A stretch of DNA of 64,000 nucleotides from Octopus vulgaris (lineage: Eukaryota), in contig OX597830.1 in assembly GCA_951406725.2 (NCBI GenBank), forward strand, positions 43,214,001 through 43,278,000, given 5' to 3'. Shown piece by piece: positions 55,128 to 64,000 of the stretch. Each line of letters starts with the position of its first letter. Position 1 is the first letter of the stretch. The notes under the pieces are model-generated. The model was given only the letters and a program-made list of their open reading frames with translations, made no database searches and was not told where the DNA came from. The position numbers and the translations under genes were made by a program.

Positions 55128-57991
55128 TATGTATATTTGAATGGACTTACTATTTGCACGCATGCATGCGCGCGCGCGTGTGTGCGTGTGTTTGCGAATT
55201 ATGCAAGTGTCTGTATATTTATTTTTGTATACAGAAGACTTATGTCATAGAAATCGATTCAATGAGTGGCCAGCACAAATGTTGCCTGAAGCCAGTAAGT
55301 AGTGCACACACATCCGCCCTAGCTGTTGTGTACGAAAACATGTCAGCGATGGAATAACCTTACACATGGACGGCTATCATTAAAAAGTTAATTATTATGT
55401 TGAACTAAAAAATTTTCAATGGTTTTTATCTACAAAAATAACCTCTTTCCATCTTGGTATTAGGTTGTTGATTCGTTTCTTAATTTTCATGAAACGACAT
55501 TTTTAAAAACTGTATTTCGTTTTAATTAGATGTTGAACTGAATAGAATATATTTCAGAGCTGGTAGAATTATTAGCACACCGGACAGAATGCTTGGCGAC
55601 TTTTCGTCCGTCTTTGCGTTCTGAGTTCAAATTCCGCTGAGGGTTACTTTGCCTTGCATCTTTTTGGGTTCGACAAAATAAGTACCAGTTGAGCCTTGGA
55701 GGCGATGTAATCGGCTTACCCCTCTCTCGAAGTTTCTGGCCGTGTGCTAAAATGTGAAACCAGTATTTCAGATTTCAGTTTATTTTGACGATAGTAGCTT
55801 TAATGCTGCAATATCCGGCGACTATGAATATGATCTTAGCTGATCTGCTACTGATGCGTTTGCTAGGAAGAAAGTAAGGAATTAAAGACGCGTAAAGGCG
55901 CATAGCTTAGTGATTGGTGTATTCTCAGCGGTGTGTTGTGTCCTTGAGCGAGACACTTAACTCCTTGTTGCGCCTGTCTACTCATCTGGCAATAATGAGT
56001 GTTAGTATCTGTAGTTCAAAGGACCAACCTTGTCACACATAATGTCACTCTGAATCTCTCTGAGAACTAGGCTTGGGGTACGCGTGTCTGTGGGTTGCTC
56101 ATCTATTTTTACGTTAATTTCACGAGCAGGCTGTTCCGTTGATCGGATCAACTGGAACCCTCGTCGTCGTAACCGATGGAGGGCCAGTAAGGAATCAAAC
56201 CACATCTTCTTAGTCTACGCCTCATCACTCGTAGACGATGACCCCCAACTCGAGAACAACTTTCCCTCCAGGCCGTGCGAGATGGCATTGCGCGTGCCAA
56301 CTCTTAGACATCGCACAGTCCCCTCCCGTATAGATTCACGGACATACATCATACGAACCTTACCATGAGATCTGAACGCCCTCACGGGTTGATTCGAGAA
56401 AAGAGTGGCTGCGAAGTATAACCATCTTTGATTGTCTGGTTGATGGGCAGTAAAAATCCATATCGTAGCATGTTTGATATGTGGTCAGCTTAAGAGATGT
56501 TAAAGTCACAGAAGTCGAGTGTACGTGCCGTCTAATAATCGCTGTTAGGTCACCGTAAGAGACCAGCATTCAGAGCCGTAGAGTAGAATGTATTCTACTG
56601 TAGCACGAAACAAGTGTAGTTTTAGGTCACATGACAATTGTGGTGCTTTCCAAATTTTCCATATCTTGTTTCTGGCTATGTTATTGCTTTACCAATGTTT
56701 AATAAGTGTGTTGGCTGTGCGAATACGAGAGCTCAGGTTGTAGAAATGGGCATCTGACTCAATGGGTGCGATGAAAGTGTAAGATCACTCGCACCAGCAT
56801 TTTTTTACCAATGATTCTGGTCTTTGCCTTCGAGTGGTTAATTGGAAGACCAACTTCAATGGCAGCCAGCTCCAGGCTTCTGAGGAGAATTTGAGCCAAA
56901 GATGGATGAAACTCATTGTGAGCCAACGTCCATCCACACGAGTGGTGTCCCATAGAAACATCCTGCCCGTTGGTTGACAAACCATAAAGCTGGTCTAAAT
57001 CCGTGACCAGAATTTGAAACTAATATTCTCTTGCTAATTATTTATAGCTTTATGTGCATCGAGATCAATAGTGTTGTTGTTCTTTACTTCTAGATCAGTT
57101 CTAATTGAGTAGAGTTACGATCAAAGCCTTTCCATATATGGCAACACCGTCTTGATCTTCAACCGCAAGTCAACTCTGATCAAATTTGTAATCAAAATCT
57201 TTACAGCCAAGTAAAACCTACTCTTTTTTGTATAATCAGGATTGCATAAATTCCTAAGGGTCTTTCGTTTTTTAAGATGTTATGGGTGTGGTTTTAAAAA
57301 ACATATAGCTGCTTTTTCTAGCTGGTTAATTGAGTACGTAGAGGCTTCCATTCGTGGCCTTTTTATTATTTTTTTTTTCCAGGCTAAAATACCCGCAGTA
57401 CTTTTCAAGATGGCTGTTTGTAAACTCAAGAGAATTTGGTGGTTCAGATCTTTTGAATGGATGTGGAGTCAGACCGTTTCCTTTTATCTACGTAGTGATT
57501 GTGCGGTCTTTGTGCTGTTGAGGGAGACTTTGGCGGTTATGCTTCAGTTGGAGAATGTTCATGCGTGGCTTTGTTCGCTGAAGCAGTTTGTCTGACGTCA
57601 GGTGTTCAAGTTGCACTAAGTCGACACCAATATACGGATGTTTAAGGGGTAATGAAAATTACTATTTAAATAGGATTATGTTGCTGTTCTTGCTGTCGTC
57701 GCCACCGCCGTCATTGTTGTTGATAAACTTCAATTCAGTCTTGGCTGGGTAGACTTATGATCAAAGACATTCCAACTGTGGCTATCCCATCTATTTGTAT
57801 ATCATCGTCAGATGATATACAAGCAAATTGGTTTCTACAATGCTCATTCACTTGGTCGGCCAACAGAACTACTAATTCGTTAAGTGAACATGAAACGGCA
57901 GTCATTAGAGCGCTAGATAGAAAGGCACACCATTCTGAGTTCAAATCCCGTTGCAGTCAACTTTGCCTCTTATTTATTTCTGGGTTGGTGA

Positions 57992-58055
<64 letters not shown>

Positions 58056-59665
58056 GACCAATCTAGAATAGATTAACGGATGTGCTTGAGGACCAGGCGT
58101 TTTGATAGCCAACCACGCGGTATCTCTGCAGCCACAAACTACTAGCCTTCCCCCCCCAAAAAAAATTCGCCTAGGTCTGGTCAGTACATATGTAGATGCA
58201 TGGTCAACCTAGACACTACGTGTGACCGAGTACTCCGCAGTCATATATGTCTTTAACACTATTCTCAGGACGAATCAGGACCACACGATATGTAACAAAG
58301 CTGGATCTTTGAATTCCAGCTTCCGTCTATTACAATCTACCGAATGGGTTTCCACAAAGTCAGCTTAATTTAACTCACAAGGTTTCAACTGACTTAGAAC
58401 TGATGGGAAAACCACTTGTTCGTGATGTTACGCTATGAGGAAAGAAACCGGGACCTTATAATTGCGAAGCGAACATCCTAACTATATTGCACAATGTGTC
58501 TTTCTTTTGTTTGTTTCAGGCGCTAACGTGGGTGGGGTTTGCAGAAAATTTGGCTCTTCTTCAACTCCCCCACTCCACCACCACTTGAAGATTTTTAAAG
58601 TATTAGTTTCAAATGTTGGCACAATGCCAGCAATTTTGATGAAAGGGTGAGTCGATTACATCGATTCTACTATTCAATTGGTACTTACTTTATAGACCCC
58701 GAAAGGATGAAAGACAAAGTCGACCTCGATGGAATTTGAGCTCAGAACGTAAAGATTGACAAAATGCCGCTAAGCATTTTGTCTGGCGCGCTACCGATTC
58801 TGTCAGCTTGCCGCTTTAGGGATTATTTAAAAAATATTAAACAATTCTATTTCTGTTGAAGCCGACTTTGCTATTTGTCCTTTCGTAGCCGATAAAATAA
58901 GTACCAGTTGAACACTGGGGAGGGGCGGTAATATAAACGACTTACCCCCCCCCCTCCTGAACTCGCTGACCTTGGACCAAAATTTGAGATGAAATATTTT
59001 TTAAAATCGTGGCAGATCGAGAGAACCATAAAGAATTCCATTGTAAGCTGGTAGGATTGTGCGATGTTTAGAGTATCATGTAGGTCATCGTTTTTAGAGA
59101 CATTGATGAGCAGCATGCTAACTAGAAGGAATTGATGCGTTTATGTAAACATGTATACTCATTCCTAATTATAAACTTCATGATAATGAGGTTCTGCTAA
59201 TTAGTATCCATTTCCCAATTAACTTTCTAAGACATGTCTTAGAGCTTTGCAACTTGGTCGCTGTCTCGTCGGTGATACCACCTGGTTTGTATTTTCTAAC
59301 ATTTGTCCTCTATGATTTGTTTATGAATGTAACTATCTATAAAATTTGAATATGTTTTCTTTTTCGTTCATGTCTGCGCATGTATTTTGACTTCATTAAA
59401 ATTCTACATCTCAGCAGAATGCTATCGAGTGTTCCGTGGCCTTCATGGCGCATTCTAATGTCACTCTCTCCATCTTGTGTAGCCACATTTTGCGTTTACT
59501 TTCTTGTGAGTATTATGGATATGCGGTTTAGAATTACTCTTTGCAATCACATGGTTTTTAGTTCGATCCTAACAGTACTGCGCAGTTGTCTTTTACTCTG
59601 ACTTCTCACTGGCCTATGTTATTTGAGTGGAATTTGGCAGACGGAAACTGTGCGAAAGCTCATCA

Positions 59666-59742
<77 letters not shown>

Positions 59743-60977
59743 ATCTATCTATTTATCTAATATGTATCATTTAGTGTATACTGTAAGCACTACTAACAGA
59801 TATTAAGATTAGTGCCTACAAGTGAGTGACACAGAAGGGTGTGTCTTCAGTAGATCTGACTTATCGAAAGCTGTAATGGGGGTTGTTATGGAAGAAAGGA
59901 GATTCAAAGTATTAGAGTTGGTTGTGGTTAATGACTGAGTTCATCGTTTTAGTGATACTGGAAATAAGCGCAATAGAACAGTAGGTGGCAGTGTTCAAGG
60001 GGTTGCCTTTGTTGGAGGTCTCCTCAGAGCAACAAGCGAGGAATGTTACCTTTGATGTGTATGTGGCATTTGGCGTGTGTTTACTTCCCCGTGACTGAGC
60101 GGTTCGGTAAAAGAGACCAATAGAATAAGTACTTGGCTTACTAAGAATAAGTCCCGAGATCGATTTGTTCGGTTAAAGACGGTGCTCCAGTATGGCCGCA
60201 GTCAAATGACTGAAACAAAAACAAAAAAAAAGAAAGCAAAAGAAAACATCTATCTTTTTTTTTTTTGCATTTATTATTCTTGCGATTTAAGGCGGCGAAG
60301 TTGGCAGAATCATTAACTCACCGAACCAAATGCTTAACAGCATTTCTTCCGCCTCTTTATTTTCAAGCATTGAAATCTCACCGAGCTCGACTTTGCCTTT
60401 CATTCTTTCGGGGTCGATAAAGCAAGTAGCAGTGAAACACTGGAACTCGATATAATCGACTGATTCTCTTCCCTTTACAAAATGGCTGACGTTGTGCCGG
60501 AATATGAAATTATTTTTCTTGTGATGTAAATGTCTCGTACATAGACTTGTGTAAGCAAAAATGTCTGTAAATGGGTGTGAAAGCATGTGAAAGACCTTGA
60601 ATATAGAATCTACAATATACTCGCCATTATTTTTGTTGTTGTCGGCCAGTGTTTTGTTTTCTTATCGATAGACGAGATTATATTTATTGTATATTACTAG
60701 ATTGTTCTATATTTTAATCTTCGTTTTGATCTTGTTGTCGCACACGTCAGTCTTATTGTTGTCTCATTCGCCGTTCGTTTATTTTTATACTGAATCTTCG
60801 TCAACATCATTATCATCATTGTCATCGTCGTCGTCGTTGTCATCATCATCATCATCTCGACACTATCACCACCACCACCACCACACCACCACCACCACCA
60901 CACCACCACCACCACACCACCACCACCACCAAAACCACCATCACTACCTTCGCCGCTTCCGTAGCCACCACCACCAC

Positions 60978-61049
<72 letters not shown>

Positions 61050-61104
61050 TACCACTATTGCCATCACGACAATGACCACCACAACAGCCACCACCAGTCA
61101 TCAA

Positions 61105-61156
<52 letters not shown>

Positions 61157-61632
61157 GTCATTGCCGCCGCCGCCGTCGTCACTGTCCCCATCCTCACCAC
61201 ACCCACCACCAACACTACAACGACCGTCACCCCCACCACCACCACATCATCGTTATCATTATCATCACCACCACCACCACCACCACCACCAACACTGTAA
61301 TCCTCCTCCTCCTCTGATCATCGTCGTCATCGTCGTCGTCGTCGTTGTTGTTCTCGTGAGTTGCAGTGATACTTGCTAAGTTCGTTTTTCTGCTCTCTTT
61401 ATTTGTTTGTTCATTCCCAGAGTTACCATTCAGAAATAAACAACTCTTACTATAAGATCTGAAGATATCTGAAGATATAGGCAACGCTGCTTATATCAAT
61501 GTTACTGAGATCTTTCTGTAAGACTTCGCATATCACTTATTCTATTTTATTTGAAGAATATTTTTCTGTTTGGTGGAAGGACATATCAATTACTGCACAT
61601 CCCATTATTATTATTATTATTATTATTATTGT

Positions 61633-61691
<59 letters not shown>

Positions 61692-61698
61692 TTATTAT

Positions 61699-61887
<189 letters not shown>

Positions 61888-62090
61888 GCTGACAGAGTCG
61901 TTAGCACTCCGGGCGGAATACTTAGCGAAATTTCGTTTACCGCTACGTTCCGAGTTCAAATTCCGCCGAGGTCGACTTTGCCTTTCATCCTTTCGAGATC
62001 GATAAAATTAGTACCAGTTACGCCCTAGGGTCAATGTAATCTACTTAATCCTTCCCCCAAATTTGGGGTCTTGTGCTTCCAGTAGAAAGG

Positions 62091-62136
<46 letters not shown>

Positions 62137-62137
<1 letters not shown>

Positions 62138-62592
62138 GGCGGCGAGCTGGCAGAATCGTTAGCATGCCGGACGAAATGCTTAGCGGTATTTTGTTTGCGT
62201 CTATGTTCCAAGTTCAAATTCCTTATTTCTTTACTACCCACAAGGGACTAAACACAGAGAGGACAAACAAGGACAGACAAACGGATTAAGTCGATTACAT
62301 CGACCCCAGTGCGTAACTGGTACTTAATTTATCGACCCCGAAAGGATGAAGGGTAAAGTCAACCTCGGCGGAATTTGAACTCAGAACGTAACGGCAGACA
62401 AAATACGGCTACGCATTTCGCCCGGCGTGCTAACGTTTCTGCCAGCTCGCCACCAAGTTCAAATTCCGCCGGTCGACTTTGCCTTTCATCCTTTCGGGGT
62501 CGATTAAATAAATACTAGTTATGCACTGAGGGCGATGTAAATGACAATACCCCTCCCCCAAATTTCAGGCCTTGTGTCTATAGCAGAAAGGA
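62137..62592 (+). mobile_element. SINE A with an antisense SINE A (62223-62452) inserted in its B box
   Basis: 15-bp TSD ccaagttcaaattcc at 62208-62222 and 62453-62467. Confidence 0.9.
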
Positions 62593-63078
62593 TTATTGCC
62601 TCCGTCTTAGCCAAGGCGGAGATATTGTTTTCAATCGTGTTTGTTTGTCCGTGGACATGATATCTCAAGATATCTCAAGATTGATTCGGTTGAAACTTTC
62701 AGGGATGTTTGGCCCCGTGACTGGCACGAACCGATTAGATTTTGGGATCGATCTGGTACCGGACAAGCATTCTGGATTATTTTTCCTTTTCTTTTTTTAC
62801 TTAATTTTTGAGAGCGGTCAGGTTCATTTTTAGTATTCTCGTTTGTGAGAGTAATCGAGTTTATTTCAGATATTCTCATTTTAAAAATCATCTCTGGCTA
62901 TTCGTTGAGAGGACGTTGGTATTGCCTTGGCGGAGGTTTGCTCTCTCTGAGTGCTCTTGTTATTATTGTTGTTGTTGTTACAGTTGTTCGTCTATCGCCA
63001 CGTATTACACATCACTCCCATAAGTCTGTTATTATTTCTATTGTCACGTAAAGTTACATGTTATACATTTGTTATAGT
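62593..63078 (+). mobile_element. Second copy of the Helentron-like element with the same 3' extension
   Basis: Near-identical to 51819-52305. Confidence 0.85.
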
Positions 63079-63327
63079 TATATAGATAACCTAACCAGGA
63101 CCTCAGAGAGCTGGTTAGCTTTTCTCCATCTGTAGCTCTTAGTGATTAAACGGGGTTTGTTTAGTAAACACACTCCTCAATTTTCGTTGTAAAAATAAGT
63201 ATGACAGATGAAGATTGTTCGTCTGGTGAAAAGAACAGCCAGTTATCCGCGGAACAGAACAGCGAAATTGCAAAGGTCAGTCATGGCTGAAGCTGTAACA
63301 ACAACAACAATAACAATACAAGCAACG

Positions 63328-63505
<178 letters not shown>

Positions 63506-64000
63506 CGGCAGCGGCAGCAATAACAACTACAAAAACAACATAGCACCTGAAATGTATGAAAGTAACTTTCCGTTGCAAAAAATCTCCGCGCTGCCATCAC
63601 AGGAACAAAAAAAACGCGATCAGTGACAGCAGAAAGCAACAAAACCAACGAGAACGTTGCCATCTCCTCCACCACCAACATCATTATCGAAAGAAAAAAA
63701 TAAGAACAAAGAAAACGGACGATGCAAATCCGTTGTAAGCAGTTTTGCAGACGCAACGCGGAAAATAAGGGAAGCCAGTTTTATAAATGAAAATGAATTT
63801 AAGAGTACAAAATGTATGTTGGAGAAATGTGGGAGAAATGTAACATTGAACGTTTCCTGGATCTGTCCAGCAAGAAACTAATTTGCCGGCAGTTCTATAT
63901 AAAACAACTGGAACGAAAAGTAGAAGAATAGAGCAAGCTACACACCAGTAGACTGGAAAATGTCTGTGACCAATTTGAAAGAGCAAAACTTATATAACCA

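Noticed and set aside
56800-57500. Faint RTE-like (LELAAIEVGLPIN) and R4-like (LQTAILKSTAGI) peptides
   Set aside because: Probably ancient LINE debris, but too degenerate to delimit.

Overview
This is eukaryotic, AT-rich, microsatellite-saturated DNA. The SINE repertoire looks like a coleoid cephalopod, probably Octopus; this is recognition from memory, not a search result. The only host coding sequence I can support is the first coding exon of an SLC6 (neurotransmitter/amino-acid:Na+ symporter, B0AT/SIT1-like) gene on the minus strand (33517-33304). It has a CCAAT-box promoter and ends at a phase-1 GT donor. I saw no second exon, so 1-33303 is probably a >33 kb intron and 33600-64000 upstream or intergenic DNA. 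The rest is a layered collection of mobile elements: dozens of tRNA-derived SINE copies (3 families; only representative copies are listed), fragments of Penelope, R4/Dong, Tx1/L1-like, CR1 and RTE retroelements, Tc1/mariner elements, hAT MITEs with 8-bp TSDs, a Helitron and Helentron-type elements. The most interesting signal is a set of short, microsatellite-embedded units carrying minimal type-I hammerhead ribozyme motifs with palindromic stem III, of the Penelope/retrozyme type. They repeatedly occur as inverted pairs (7333-7512, 16182-17590, 21458-21696, 13490-14045), beside a Penelope element that has its own hammerhead. All other ORFs in the track are low-complexity artefacts. All coordinates were counted by eye.
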